A stretch of DNA of 44,226 nucleotides from Stramenopiles sp. TOSAG23-3 (taxonomy: Eukaryota): contig LT642175.1 in assembly GCA_900128585.1 (NCBI GenBank), positions 1-44,226 on the forward strand. The letters run 5' to 3'. Shown here in pieces: positions 28,599-39,721 of this stretch. Both the position numbers and the translations under genes were made by a program. Below the pieces are notes generated by a model. It was not told the DNA's origin, did no database searches, and saw only the letters and a list, made by a program, of their open reading frames with translations. Position 1 is the first letter of the stretch; each line of letters starts with the position of its first letter.

Positions 28599-29315
28599 TC
28601 ACCCAATTTTCATCTCCCTCGACCGGGACAGGAACTTGCTTATTCGTGATCTATGTGCGGGGAAACTTAACCACTCTTCGTGCGCGTCGGATTCGCCGAT
28701 CGGGCGTAGCAAAAGTGAGAACTCTCCCACTTCGTTGTCCTGTTCCACGTCCACAATGATTGCGGGGCGCCAAATGTCCCTGTGGTTTACTGTGCAGTGT
28801 TTGCCGACGCTATAGTGGGACGAAAGGAAGTCCACCAACATGCCACGACGGTACGACAGGGTGCCACCAGGCTCCTCCGTCTGGGGGCTTCTGGACAGCA
28901 AGGGCACTGTTTTCGCCGCACTGGAACCGTGGCGAGAGTTCGACTGCCGAATGTATCCTATTCCTTTTGAGGAAGACGAACGAGAGTCTGAACCAAGCAA
29001 CTCCGTGTGATAAAGGGACGTTAGGTCATCGGGAAGTCCAGGCCTCTCCACATTTCCACTGTATACATACATGCCTTCCTTCTGATTCACCGTGTGCCGC
29101 CCTGGCCGCGCTACCCGCTCTTTGCACGCCTTTGTCCTCATAGCAAAGTGTTGAATCTCTCTACATTCGGAACACACCACCACTATCGCCTCTTTGTTCC
29201 ACGTGTCATCAACTTTTGCGACCTGCCCAGTGCGCCAGTGACCGCTGCTATCACGGTAATCCACTAAACTGTCCCGATAAAGCCTGTTTGAACTTTTCGA
29301 AACCGACTCGCCCAT
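28599..29315 (-). CDS. Hypothetical protein with two Tudor/Agenet/chromo-barrel-like segments
   Basis: RDSLVDYRDSSGHWRTGQVAKV and RGMLVDFL...IWRPAIIVDV...EEWL...SRI patterns; first ATG at 29315. Fold is inferred. Confidence 0.65.
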   Translation of the reverse strand: MGESVSKSSNRLYRDSLVDYRDSSGHWRTGQVAKVDDTWNKEAIVVVCSECREIQHFAMRTKACKERVARPGRHTVNQKEGMYVYSGNVERPGLPDDLTSLYHTELLGSDSRSSSSKGIGYIRQSNSRHGSSAAKTVPLLSRSPQTEEPGGTLSYRRGMLVDFLSSHYSVGKHCTVNHRDIWRPAIIVDVEQDNEVGEFSLLLRPIGESDAHEEWLSFPAHRSRISKFLSRSREMKIG

Positions 29316-29863
29316 GGGATGGACACTTCTCGCATACAAAATCCACCAACGCCGACTTGGTTTCCGGGATATAACTTCCTGCTTTCTGGATTTCTTTTCT
29401 TACTACACCGACACTGCTACTTTCCGGTCTTGTAATTACTATGCAACTTGCAGAAGTAATTTTGGTGTGGTACAACGTACAACTAACAAGCATTGTGCGT
29501 GCAACGACGCGAAGAAGAAGAAGAAGGTCGAAAAGAAAGAAGAAGAAGAAGAAGAGAATAATAAAATAATAATCTCAGCAGCAGCAGCAGCAGAGGAGGG
29601 GTTCCTTGGTTCCTCCTTGGTGGTCGTCTGGTGGTTCCTCTTCTTATATTTTTTAATAATAATATAATATATTGGACTTATACAAAACAACAACAAGCAG
29701 ACAACAACAGGGGGGTTGTGGGAAGAAGAAGAAGACAAAAGAAGAAGAATGAAAAGAAAAAAAAATAAAGAAGAAAAATATAAATAAGAAAAATAAATAA
29801 ATACGTTATTGGTAGACGTACGGTACAGGAAAACGATTAGAAACGATCCATGTGTACCACCAT

Positions 29864-32017
29864 TTATATTTGTTTTCGGCGTGTCATGATTGAGGTCCCT
29901 TTGACTTTGCTTGAAAGATTGCCGCGTAGCTTGTCTATGTTTCCAAAGCCCCATGTTGACATCATTGCCGCCAACCGCATGGAGCCATCAGGGTACAATC
30001 GTTCGTATCCGTTTCTGCCCAACGCAAAGAAAGACACTTCGACAAGCAGTTCAACAAATTCTGGGAAATACAGCCGCTGCTCCAACAAACTCCTTTGTTC
30101 GTTCAACCTTACCCCAACCGCTTGTAGAGGGGGTGGGGTCGGGTTAACCGCACTAGGCCGGGGCATCTTACGCGAGCTTTTCTTCCGAAAAAACGATTCC
30201 ACAATGTCGTACAGCTCCGCCTTAGAGACCAGTGACGGTATGACGTCGAAGTCAGAAAACATCGACTGCACTTCTGGGGGGCAAATGTGGTACTTCAGTC
30301 TCTCGATGTTAGTGTAATGCTGGACGACATTGGCAACGTCGGAATCGCGCAGGAAAATAAAATCTGGAAAGGCCCCGTTCAGATCCTTCCGGCTACATGC
30401 CCGGTATGTGCAAAACACGGTGGCCAAATTGAGCAAATTAATTTCCAAAATATCCATTGCGTCCTGTGGCAAGGGAAGCCGAATGTCTGGTTTAAGCGCT
30501 CGCAGTGATGAAAACGGCGATATAAATCGCTTTGAGCAATACGATCTACGAACGTACTCTGCTATAGTTGGCTGCCATACTGAGTTTGTAGCCTGAAAGC
30601 CCGCTGGGCGGTGGGGCATAAACATGTTCGAGCTCTTGCGTTGATTTCTCAACAAGGAGTTGGAAGGTGCTACTGTTGCGACTTGCTCCACCCTGACAGG
30701 TTGCTGGACCTTTTTTTGTGGCGGAGGCTTCTTGCGATTTCTCTTTATCTCCGCTGCCTTTTGTTTCAAGCGCACAACATACTCGTTCTTTGTCGGTGTT
30801 CGTTTTGCTTCTTGGTTCAGCGCCTTGAAGCTAAACGGGGATCCATGGACTAGCATATCGTTGCACCAAATGGAAACGACACACGGGGGCAATTTTCCAA
30901 GGTCCACCAACTTGCCTCTCTGGATCAATTTCTTGCGCATTTGCTTGATGTCGTCCCGCAAATCCAAGGAGCACATGTAAGTCCCATTTGGGTTCGAAGA
31001 TGCATCACTCGTGACAGACTTGACAACATATACACTTCCCTCCTCGGTGCGAACAACGATGCTATCGTCTTGGTGCCTCTGCGGGTTCCTGTATCTGTCA
31101 TGCGCTGCTATCTTGAAGCGAATCAACCCTTCGGAGGGTGTTTCGTTCGGGATTTGCACTACGCTGACTTTGTCGGATTGGGTCAAAGCCGGCAGTATGT
31201 TCGGGTACCACGTGCCATTGTTCGTGTTTGGAAATGGTTCGTAATGGCGATTTTTCAGCAAAATTGACAAAATGTATTTTCCAGCAAGCGTTGCCATATA
31301 CCTGCAGATGTAAGCCCCTGCGTCTGACGTTGATTGAACGTCTAGCTCAAAAATGCAGCCCATGGAATCCTTCAACAGGACCATAAAACAGGATTCGTCC
31401 ACACAGTCGGCAACTGTTTCCGGCACCATGATTATTACGACTGCTTCGTCGCCTGCGAACACGCTTAAAATTCCAGATCCACTAATTTTCCATGCTGCAT
31501 TGTCTATCTTGCTGGTATCGGTTTGGCACTCCCACCCTAAACAAAAATGCCTGGACTTCAAACCGGCCGACGACCTCAAATTATAAACCCACTCGTCCAA
31601 GTCGTACTTTGTGCCAATAATAAGGTCCAACTCTCCACGGTATGGGTGCGTAATTCTTATCGCAAAATATTTTTGCCCCGTCAACTTACTGTGTTGGGTA
31701 GCTATTAGGTGGGGGACAATATCACAGTTGTCTATTGGAATCACGTTGTCGGCGCCGTTGCTGTCTTCGCTCTTAAACACGTACAGCTTCGGTCCCGCCA
31801 GACAACACCACTTCCTGGCCATTTGAGTGGAATCGTCGTTCACTCCTCCTCGCAACGACAGCCATCCGCTAAAAGTTATCTGGTTTGGGCTAACAAATGG
31901 TTGAATGGGCGCGTACTGAAATGGATCTGACTCGACAGAGAAATACCCTTTGCTACCAACGTAGACGCTTCGAAGGTGGCTTTTATCGTTGGTCTGCGAC
32001 GGGCTAAGAGCGCTCAT
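29864..32017 (-). CDS. PH domain + filamin-type Ig repeats + C-terminal helical (EF-hand/p25-like) region
   Basis: FSGWLSLRG..RKWCCL..LYVFK..DLDEWVYNL (PH); SGSGI..GAYICRY..AGKYILSI and DRYRNP..NGTY..VHGSPF (filamin); LYFPEFVELL near the C-terminus. ATG at 32017. Confidence 0.8.
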   Translation of the reverse strand: MSALSPSQTNDKSHLRSVYVGSKGYFSVESDPFQYAPIQPFVSPNQITFSGWLSLRGGVNDDSTQMARKWCCLAGPKLYVFKSEDSNGADNVIPIDNCDIVPHLIATQHSKLTGQKYFAIRITHPYRGELDLIIGTKYDLDEWVYNLRSSAGLKSRHFCLGWECQTDTSKIDNAAWKISGSGILSVFAGDEAVVIIMVPETVADCVDESCFMVLLKDSMGCIFELDVQSTSDAGAYICRYMATLAGKYILSILLKNRHYEPFPNTNNGTWYPNILPALTQSDKVSVVQIPNETPSEGLIRFKIAAHDRYRNPQRHQDDSIVVRTEEGSVYVVKSVTSDASSNPNGTYMCSLDLRDDIKQMRKKLIQRGKLVDLGKLPPCVVSIWCNDMLVHGSPFSFKALNQEAKRTPTKNEYVVRLKQKAAEIKRNRKKPPPQKKVQQPVRVEQVATVAPSNSLLRNQRKSSNMFMPHRPAGFQATNSVWQPTIAEYVRRSYCSKRFISPFSSLRALKPDIRLPLPQDAMDILEINLLNLATVFCTYRACSRKDLNGAFPDFIFLRDSDVANVVQHYTNIERLKYHICPPEVQSMFSDFDVIPSLVSKAELYDIVESFFRKKSSRKMPRPSAVNPTPPPLQAVGVRLNEQRSLLEQRLYFPEFVELLVEVSFFALGRNGYERLYPDGSMRLAAMMSTWGFGNIDKLRGNLSSKVKGTSIMTRRKQI

Positions 32018-32271
32018 TGTTGCAACTCGCAAGTTCCTGCCAAAACGAGTATTACAATGTTCACTTGCCTAGGTTAACACCGGCTCATAAAGTCTCTTTT
32101 GCAATATTTTGTATGCGACAATATGTAGGAACGCTGCTGCCGCGTTTATTTAATTTATCTCCTTTATGGGCACTGGAATGGAGAACGTAGAGTGTGGATT
32201 AAAACAAGGAAATCTCCTCCTACCGTCTGTTGTCACAACATCACATCATAATCATTATATTATCATTTTAC

Positions 32272-32577
32272 GAAGAAGAAGAAAGAAGAAGAAGAAGAAG
32301 AGGAAGAAAATTAAAAAAGAAGAAGAAGATAAAAGAAGAATTAAAAGAAGAAGAAGAAAGAAGAAGAAGAAGATGATGAAAAGAGAAGAACAGCAAACAA
32401 CAACAACAACAAAAACAAAGAAGAAGAAGAAAGAAGAAAGAAGAAAGAAGAAAGAAGAAGAAGAAGATAAAAGAAGAAGATAAAAGAAGAAGAAAGAAGA
32501 AGAAGATAAAAGAAGATAAAAGAAGAAGATAAAAGAAGAAGATAAAAGAAGAAGAAGAAAAAGAAAGAAGAAGAAGA
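32272..32577. repeat. Long GAA-rich tract with recurring GAAGATAAAA units
   Basis: Read directly from the sequence. Confidence 0.9.
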
Positions 32578-33222
32578 CCCGTAGTAGTAGCGGCGGGGGC
32601 GTCTCATATAATAGAGGTTGAACAACAGAACAACAGTAAAAAAACAGAAAGTACAGACCTGTACCAAACCGAACATCTTATTAATATCATATTATTATAT
32701 TATTAATAATATTATTATAGCAAGGTAGCAACAGCATTGCAACATTCCAACTCGAAAGTAACTCCTTCCTTCTGTCCTCCTCCCTTTTTGTTGAGTTTCT
32801 TCTTCCAACTGCATGCTATTAGCTATATGACTGCTATGCACACGTACGTAGTAATAATTTGTTGTATTATTATTGTACTTATTGGATAATTTAGATTATA
32901 GCTATACATAGAGACTATAGTAATAATAATAATTATATTATTTTTTTTCCTTTTTTTTTTTTATTATTTATTTTATAATAATACCGGTAATAAAGAGAAG
33001 AAGATTATAGGGAGGAGGAGGGTTGGTTGCAAGTGGACACAGTATTTTGTTGTATTACTACGTGCATAATTTTTGTGTACTAACTCGGTTTTCTTTGAGT
33101 TCCTCCGTGCAAAATGTTCATGCCAAGATTCCTAGGTCAAAGAGTAAAGGCCTTGATTTTCTTGTGACCATTGTTACTTGACGCAGAAAAGCACTTGTAT
33201 CTTGCATATACCTGGTACTCTC

Positions 33223-33723
33223 ATGGAGGAGTCAAGAGGACCAGAGAAAAAGGTTTCCCGGACTGTTCTCCGCACCATGGCAAAGATGAGAAAGTTCATG
33301 GCAAAGAACCGGATGGGGATGCAATATATGTTTACAAAAATGGACGTGGACGACAGTGGCACTCTTGATAGTGAGGAGTTTTATGAGGGTATGGTGAAGT
33401 ATATCAAGTCCACATTTTCAAGAGAGGACTTGATTGATATTATAAATTTTATAGACGAAGACGGCAATGGGGAAATTTCCTTTAAAGAGTTAGACTCGGC
33501 CATACGCGCTACCGACAAAAGTAGGAACGACCGTCTGCATTCGCGCAAATCAAAAGTTAGACACATAGGATTCGGCGTTTTGAACTCGAGAGAAATAGAG
33601 AAACGAGTCGGGATTGCCTCTGAACAGAACTATGGGTTAGATAAGGAAAAGTCACTGAAGACAGAAATGAAGAATTGCAGAAAGTCAGTCTCTGGTTTCC
33701 TTCGAAAATCTCCTATGTTTTAA
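33223..33723 (+). CDS. Small two-EF-hand calcium-binding protein
   Basis: Canonical loops DVDDSGTLDSEE and DEDGNGEISFKE; ATG at 33223. Confidence 0.85.
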   Translation: MEESRGPEKKVSRTVLRTMAKMRKFMAKNRMGMQYMFTKMDVDDSGTLDSEEFYEGMVKYIKSTFSREDLIDIINFIDEDGNGEISFKELDSAIRATDKSRNDRLHSRKSKVRHIGFGVLNSREIEKRVGIASEQNYGLDKEKSLKTEMKNCRKSVSGFLRKSPMF

Positions 33724-34350
33724 AATGTTTTGTTGGGTGTGTGCTGTTTTTTTGTGGGGGGGGGGGGGGGGCCACGTGTTAGATTGAAAATGGAAGCTTG
33801 ACACTTGAAACCTATCGTTTTCGTTGACCAAAAAAAAACAACAACTCATTATTATATTAATAGGAGCCAAAATAGTATAGTATAGTATTATACATGTACA
33901 GTACTTTGTGGCTTACTATACGTATACTAATATTTATACATTGACATAGTACCAGGTACTGTGTTTTGTATTGTATTACTATTCTTCTTGTTGAAAAAAT
34001 GCATGAGTTGATTATTAATTTATAACAACAACACGGTGGGTGGTATAGCAGCCGCCTACCTATATAATAATAATAAAATAATATTAAAATAATGGATCCA
34101 CCCACCAACAACACCGCGCGACGAACGAACGACGAGACGAGACGACGAGAAGAAGATCAATAATATAAAACCAAAACATGGAAATTGATTTTAGGCAGAA
34201 AGGAAGTGTGGGGGTGTAGAGAGTAGAGAATGAGGGGGCGGGGTTTAAAACGAAGAGGAAATTCATTTCACACCACTGGATGATTGAAAAGTTATTCTTT
34301 GTAAGTAAAAATAGACTTTATTTTTACAGTGTTGGAAAAGTTTTGACAAT

Positions 34351-35106
34351 ATGGGAAACGAAACATCTTCGGAGTTTTGTGGCTATCGTGTGCTGTCTGT
34401 CCAGCCGAGATCCCCTGGGGAGGAGGCAGGTCTTTCGCCCTATTTCGACTTTATTGTCGCGGCCAACAACACGCAGCTTTTGAGTGAAGACGGCACTTTT
34501 CTAGATATTATTGCGTCCCATTCAGGAAAGAATCTGGAACTGATAGTTTACAACTCGAAACATGATACGACAAGAATGTGTACGATAAAGCCGAGAAACA
34601 ACTGGGGCGGACGGGGTTTGCTGGGCATCACTATACGGTTCGACTCGTTCGAAAATGCTCATGAAAATGTGATTCACATAATCAATGTGAAGAAAAATTC
34701 ACCAGCAGAGCGCGCCGGAATTAAACCCGATGAAGATTATATTTTAGGTACGCAAGAAGTAGTTTTCCATGACATGGATGATTTGGCATTATGCTTCGAA
34801 GCAAACATAAACAAAGCCATCGAAATATACGTTTACAACTCGGTTTCGAAAGACGTGCGAAGCGTGAGCCTCACCCCACGCTCCGACTGGGGCGGGTACG
34901 GACTCTTAGGTTGCGATGTTGGGCACGGTTATTTGCACCGTTTGCCCGTCAGTGATGACACGTTTTCTGCGGCATCGGGGAACAACGTTCAAACGATAAT
35001 GGGACCGGGAAAGCTTCTAGAAGAGCGCCAAGATGGGACCAAGGTGGTAGAGTTGTCCTGGAGGCTGGCGCACGGTGCTAAAGCAATGCTTTACACATCT
35101 CCGTGA
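34351..35106 (+). CDS. GORASP2: Golgi reassembly-stacking protein GRASP55/65 (Grh1) homologue
   Basis: MGNETS myristoylation-type start; GYRVLSVQPRSPGEEAGLSPYFDFIV, WGGRGLLGITIRF and WGGYGLLGCDVGHGYLHRLP. Confidence 0.95.
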   Translation: MGNETSSEFCGYRVLSVQPRSPGEEAGLSPYFDFIVAANNTQLLSEDGTFLDIIASHSGKNLELIVYNSKHDTTRMCTIKPRNNWGGRGLLGITIRFDSFENAHENVIHIINVKKNSPAERAGIKPDEDYILGTQEVVFHDMDDLALCFEANINKAIEIYVYNSVSKDVRSVSLTPRSDWGGYGLLGCDVGHGYLHRLPVSDDTFSAASGNNVQTIMGPGKLLEERQDGTKVVELSWRLAHGAKAMLYTSP

Positions 35107-35162
35107 TGCGAAAACACGACGCAGAGGTGGGAAAGTTTAAGATTTAACGTACGAAGTATTGT

Positions 35163-35270
35163 TTTTACTAACTCGGGAAAATAGCCATTAAGAGTTCTTA
35201 CTATTCTTTAATTGTTTCACTGTCCATACTGATATGGTAATGATATAACAGCCAATTTTCTTGTTTTTAA
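35163..35270 (-). repeat. Dispersed 3'-gap repeat: well-matching head (35245-35270) plus a degenerate second fragment (about 35163-35190)
   Basis: Minus strand TTAAAAACAAGAAAATTGGCTGTTAT, then GGCTATTTTCCCGAGTTAGTAAAA resembling GGCTGTTATTTAAGTTAGTAAAA of copy B. Confidence 0.75.
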
Positions 35271-35439
35271 TGAATAGTGGGATGCTTATGATATCTTAAC
35301 TAAAGATCTGATCTAAAATAACAGGCATCTTTTCAGTAAGATAAGCGTATGAAAAATTTAATGAAAATAAAACGTTGATAACTTGAAGCTGTTAATTCTC
35401 TTACGTGGAAGCGTGTGTCGTCCTCTTCGACGAAACGAC

Positions 35440-38430
35440 TTACCCGGCTTTGTTTACCACAACAGTGTAGGTCTTCGAGTTTCTCTCGAACTTTTTATAA
35501 AAGTGGAAAATGCCAAAAATAACAACCAAACACAGCGCCGTAAGTGCCATCATTGCCAACGGCCCTTTTAGCACTAGACTGGATGAGGATGATGCGCCCA
35601 CGTCTTTGGACCCAATTTCTCCCATGTCGTCGTCGGTAATTTTGGCATTGCCACGAACACTTTTGGCTCCGGGGGCTCCAGGCACCACCTTCGCGGCATT
35701 GACCCCGCCGGCCAACTCGAAGTATTTCTCAGTTTTAAACTCTGCGTCTTGGCACGGCTTGGACAATTTTTTGAATTGTTTTTGCAGACACCGTCGCGAG
35801 CGTCCTCCTCCCGGCTTGACGCCGTTGCAAAATTTCTTGAAATCCTCTTTGCAGTTTCTTGACAGAGCCATGTTCGTTCTAGCATCCTGCAGCTGATAGC
35901 GCATCACAGAGTAAATGCTAGCTCGGCATTTCGACGGACCCTCCCCCGTCAATTTTTTGATGTTGTCTGCCAAGCAGTTCGTAACTGTCGCCGGATCGCT
36001 AAATGCACGATCTTTGCAATATGTTTGAACGTATTCCTTGCAATGTCTACGTACGTGAAAATTGCGTTTCCAATCGCGAGATTCCCTCACCATAGATTTA
36101 GACAGGCGTACTCGGCACATGGGAGAGAGATCCTTCGGGGAGTCGACCAGTGCAGCGAAAAGGCAAAAACGGACGTTTCCGTCCCCGACGGATGCACCGC
36201 TGCAAAGTTTGTTGATCCCACGTTTGCATGCCTTGAACAGCACTGCGTCCACCTTGATGTTTCTGGATTCGTTCAATATCTCTTGCTCCACAGCGTCGGC
36301 GCACTTTTTCAACAACTGCTTCTTGTCGTGCTGCTTTTTCAAGCACGCCTTCGCTTTCCCGTTATCCTTCTCGGCTAATTTCCCAGCGTCTTCACTTTCG
36401 TCCCCGCCTTCGGTGCTTCGGGCCTTTCCTTTAATATTTTCCGGCAACTTAATTTTGCACAAGTTCTCTAAATCGCCCTTGCATTCTTGTTTTAGCCATG
36501 GCTGGGCCATGATATCCTCGGCCTCGTCGGCCATTTCTTTAAATTCTGCGTCTTTACACTTTTTTCCCAACTTGTCCATGTTCTTGCGAAGACAACGGTG
36601 GGTTCGTCCCTGCCCGGGTTTCACGTCGCTGCAAAACCTTTTCAAGTCTTCTTTGCACGCGCTGGCAACTGCCGGGGCGGCAGAAATTGTTCTGGCGGCT
36701 GCGCGCTTTTCAATAATAACTTGGGACTTGCATGGCGCGCGCATCTTCTTGTCATTGATGTTGTCCTTCAGGCACCTCAGCTGCTTGTCGTTTTTGACCT
36801 CGGGACACAGCTGTTTCAGTTCAGCGCGGCAAGCGCTAAAGAGTTTAGATTTAAGCCTAATGTCTTTTGCCTCCAATTCCAGCTCCTTGAATTCGGCCCT
36901 CTTGCACACGGCGCTCAACTTGTTTAAGTTGTTGCGCAGGCATGCTATTATTTGCCCGGCAGCCGACGACCCAGCACCGCCGCCGTCCGCCATACTTTTC
37001 ATGCACAATTCGCTGATATCGCTCTTGCAGAAACGCACCAATTGGGGTTTCGCCGAGACGGTCTGGGCTTCCTGCACTAATTCTTCCAGCTTAGCATTCC
37101 GGCAAGTCCCTGTCAACTTCTTGAAATTTTGTCGGAGGCACAAACTGTCCCGGCCCTCTCCCCGCGCGACAACGTTCCCCGAGGCGTCCTTGACTTCCAC
37201 GTTCTTTCCGCAAAAACGTTTTAAGTCTATTCTGCATTTCGTTCGAATTTTGTAGTTGTGCCCCGCAAACATAGCGCCGAGCACGATGTCTTTTCGCAGC
37301 ATCTTCCGGCATTCCGAGGATACGGACCGATCGCTTACGTGCGATTTCAGACACTCCAACACAGTGCCTTTGCCCGGGGGCAAATCTTTGCAGAACTTTT
37401 CGGTTTCACGAACGCACGCTTTCTTCATCCACGGGTTCAGGCGCACCGAATAACCCTGGAGTTTCAATTCCTCAAACTCGGCCTTTTTGCACGGACCGCT
37501 CAACCCTTTCAAGTTGTCTTTCAAGCACTTCAGCGCTTTCTCGCTGTCAATATCTTCCTTGCCATTGAGATCGATTTGGCAGAAATTCTTCAGATCCATT
37601 TTGCATGCTGTCGACAGGTTGTGTTTTGCCCGGATGTCTTTGGACTCCGAGACAATCTGTTTAAACTCTGCGTCTTTGCACCCCGGCGACAAACGCTCCA
37701 ACGACTTCCTTAAGCAGGCATGCGTTCTCCCGTTGCCAGGTTTTACGCCTTTGCAAAACTTCTCCAAATCCGACTTGCAGTTGGCATTGATTCCGGGCAA
37801 AGAGAGCGCATTTTTGGACCCCATGCGGTTCTCCTTGGCCAGCACCTTCCGACAATCATCGCTGATGCTCGGACCACCTTTCCGTATTTTCTTGTTGTTC
37901 AGGCACGCCCACACCGCACCCCTTCCGTTCGGCAGCGACCCGCAGCTCTTTGCAATATCAGCCGCACACTGTCCCCACAGTGCTCGGTTCAAGCGGACAT
38001 CGATTCTTCTTATCCTTTGCTCGAGTTCTACAATGCCCCGGCACTCTTTCTGCAACGCCCCTAAATTTTTTTCCAGGCAAAGTATAACGTCGCCCTTGAA
38101 ATCGTTGCAAAACTTCGCCGTATCCGAAGCGCACTTCTTTTTTACCAAGGGGTTCGCCCGTTCGCTCTTGCTCTCGTTCATAAAGTGCTGAAACTCCGCA
38201 TCAAGGCACTTTTTGCTCAACTTATGGTAGTTCTTCTTCATGCAGAGATCCAACGCCAAACCTACTTTCATACCACAATATTGCTTGTGATCTTCCCCAC
38301 AAGCATCTTTGTTCGCCGCCCCAACGATAGACGCAATGTTCGCGGGGCCACTCTGCGCAGTCGCAAAAGTGGTACATACGGCGACAAGGGTGCCCAGAAA
38401 CCCCAACAAACGAAATGTTGTACTCTTCAT
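35440..38430 (-). CDS. GLG1: Golgi apparatus protein 1 (GLG1/MG-160/CFR)-like type I membrane protein with tandem Cys-rich repeats
   Basis: Signal peptide (MKSTTFRLLGFLGTLVAVCTTFA); many CxxDxxxFC..PGxG...CL......L...C repeats; one C-terminal TM segment and a short basic tail. Confidence 0.9.
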   Translation of the reverse strand: MKSTTFRLLGFLGTLVAVCTTFATAQSGPANIASIVGAANKDACGEDHKQYCGMKVGLALDLCMKKNYHKLSKKCLDAEFQHFMNESKSERANPLVKKKCASDTAKFCNDFKGDVILCLEKNLGALQKECRGIVELEQRIRRIDVRLNRALWGQCAADIAKSCGSLPNGRGAVWACLNNKKIRKGGPSISDDCRKVLAKENRMGSKNALSLPGINANCKSDLEKFCKGVKPGNGRTHACLRKSLERLSPGCKDAEFKQIVSESKDIRAKHNLSTACKMDLKNFCQIDLNGKEDIDSEKALKCLKDNLKGLSGPCKKAEFEELKLQGYSVRLNPWMKKACVRETEKFCKDLPPGKGTVLECLKSHVSDRSVSSECRKMLRKDIVLGAMFAGHNYKIRTKCRIDLKRFCGKNVEVKDASGNVVARGEGRDSLCLRQNFKKLTGTCRNAKLEELVQEAQTVSAKPQLVRFCKSDISELCMKSMADGGGAGSSAAGQIIACLRNNLNKLSAVCKRAEFKELELEAKDIRLKSKLFSACRAELKQLCPEVKNDKQLRCLKDNINDKKMRAPCKSQVIIEKRAAARTISAAPAVASACKEDLKRFCSDVKPGQGRTHRCLRKNMDKLGKKCKDAEFKEMADEAEDIMAQPWLKQECKGDLENLCKIKLPENIKGKARSTEGGDESEDAGKLAEKDNGKAKACLKKQHDKKQLLKKCADAVEQEILNESRNIKVDAVLFKACKRGINKLCSGASVGDGNVRFCLFAALVDSPKDLSPMCRVRLSKSMVRESRDWKRNFHVRRHCKEYVQTYCKDRAFSDPATVTNCLADNIKKLTGEGPSKCRASIYSVMRYQLQDARTNMALSRNCKEDFKKFCNGVKPGGGRSRRCLQKQFKKLSKPCQDAEFKTEKYFELAGGVNAAKVVPGAPGAKSVRGNAKITDDDMGEIGSKDVGASSSSSLVLKGPLAMMALTALCLVVIFGIFHFYKKFERNSKTYTVVVNKAG

Positions 38431-38547
38431 GTGCATATATATATAATAATACAAATAATAAAATATCCTAGGAGTACACGTGTGTATACATATATGGAGA
38501 AAACGAAACAGTGCAAACAAAATGCAAATTGAACGTTGGATATTCGC

Positions 38548-38597
38548 TCTATCTCTCTCTCTCTCTCGTACACATACTCTCTCTCTCTCTCTCTCTC
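38548..38597. repeat. Interrupted (CT)n microsatellite
   Basis: Read directly from the sequence. Confidence 0.85.
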
Positions 38598-39721
38598 ATT
38601 TCTTCTCTGATTGTCGTTTGACCACCACAGATTATTTATACTACTTACCTCCTCCCTCCTCTCTGTCTTTACTACTATTATTATACGATGTGTACACCCG
38701 TATTTAATAAAAAAATAATAATAATAAAAAATAATAATGTGCGAAGAAGAAGAAGAAAGAAGCAACAACAAAAAAAAAAGATATAATAAGAATAATATAA
38801 AATGCTAGTAAGGTAACTTAAACTATTTAATAAGAATTGTTATAAATATAATTACAAGAATAATACAATATTATATCTTAAATAAATGTAGTATTTCTGA
38901 TACTACTGTATTTGTCTGTCCTTAATTACTATAATTTTTTATTTTTTTAGTTCAGTTCTTCTTCTTGTTTTTTTTTCTTTTTTTTTGATTGGTGGCACAG
39001 GATCTTCCTTTCTTTCAGAAGAACGGCTAACTATTACTATTAATAATAATAACCTGAAGAAAAGAAGAAGGATGAAATATTTATTTATATTTTATTTTTT
39101 TGAGTATAATTTAAATTATAGTAATAGTATCTACATTATACTTACTAATTGTATTTTATAATGTTTATAAAGAATTGCCTATTTAATCTTTTTTTTAAAT
39201 ATAATTTCCTATATAATATAAATTACAAATATCGTATACTTGTTTTTTGTGGTTAAATTACAAAAAATTATTATTATTATTATAATATAACAACACATAT
39301 AGTCATTCCATTCTTTCTTTCTTCCTTCTTCCTTCTTCTTCTTCTTCTTCTTCTTCTTCTTTTCTTCTTCGCGAAAAAAATAAATATAAATAGACTCTTA
39401 TTATTACAGCAACACAGCAATGAGAGAGAGGTTTCCTCCATATAAAAAAAAAATATTATATACAAAAAAAAAATTCCACAACAACCCAATTTATTACTAA
39501 TGTGAATAAAAATACAAAGTGAAACGTTGTGCATGTTTTGTACAGTGAAATTACAATCAGTTAGTTGCACACGTTGTATTTCTTCGTTTTTTGTAGTCAC
39601 ACTTGAGGCTTCCGTTCAGACCGACGACCAAGGAGGAGTTGAATACACGATTGTCTGTGCGTAACTGTGCTGAGCTTCCTTAGGCTGCAGTACTTACATT
39701 GTTGCTTCGTAGCGTGTTGCA

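Noticed and set aside
36062-38191. Long + strand ORFs opposite GLG1
   Set aside because: Antisense shadows of the Cys/Lys-rich repeat gene.
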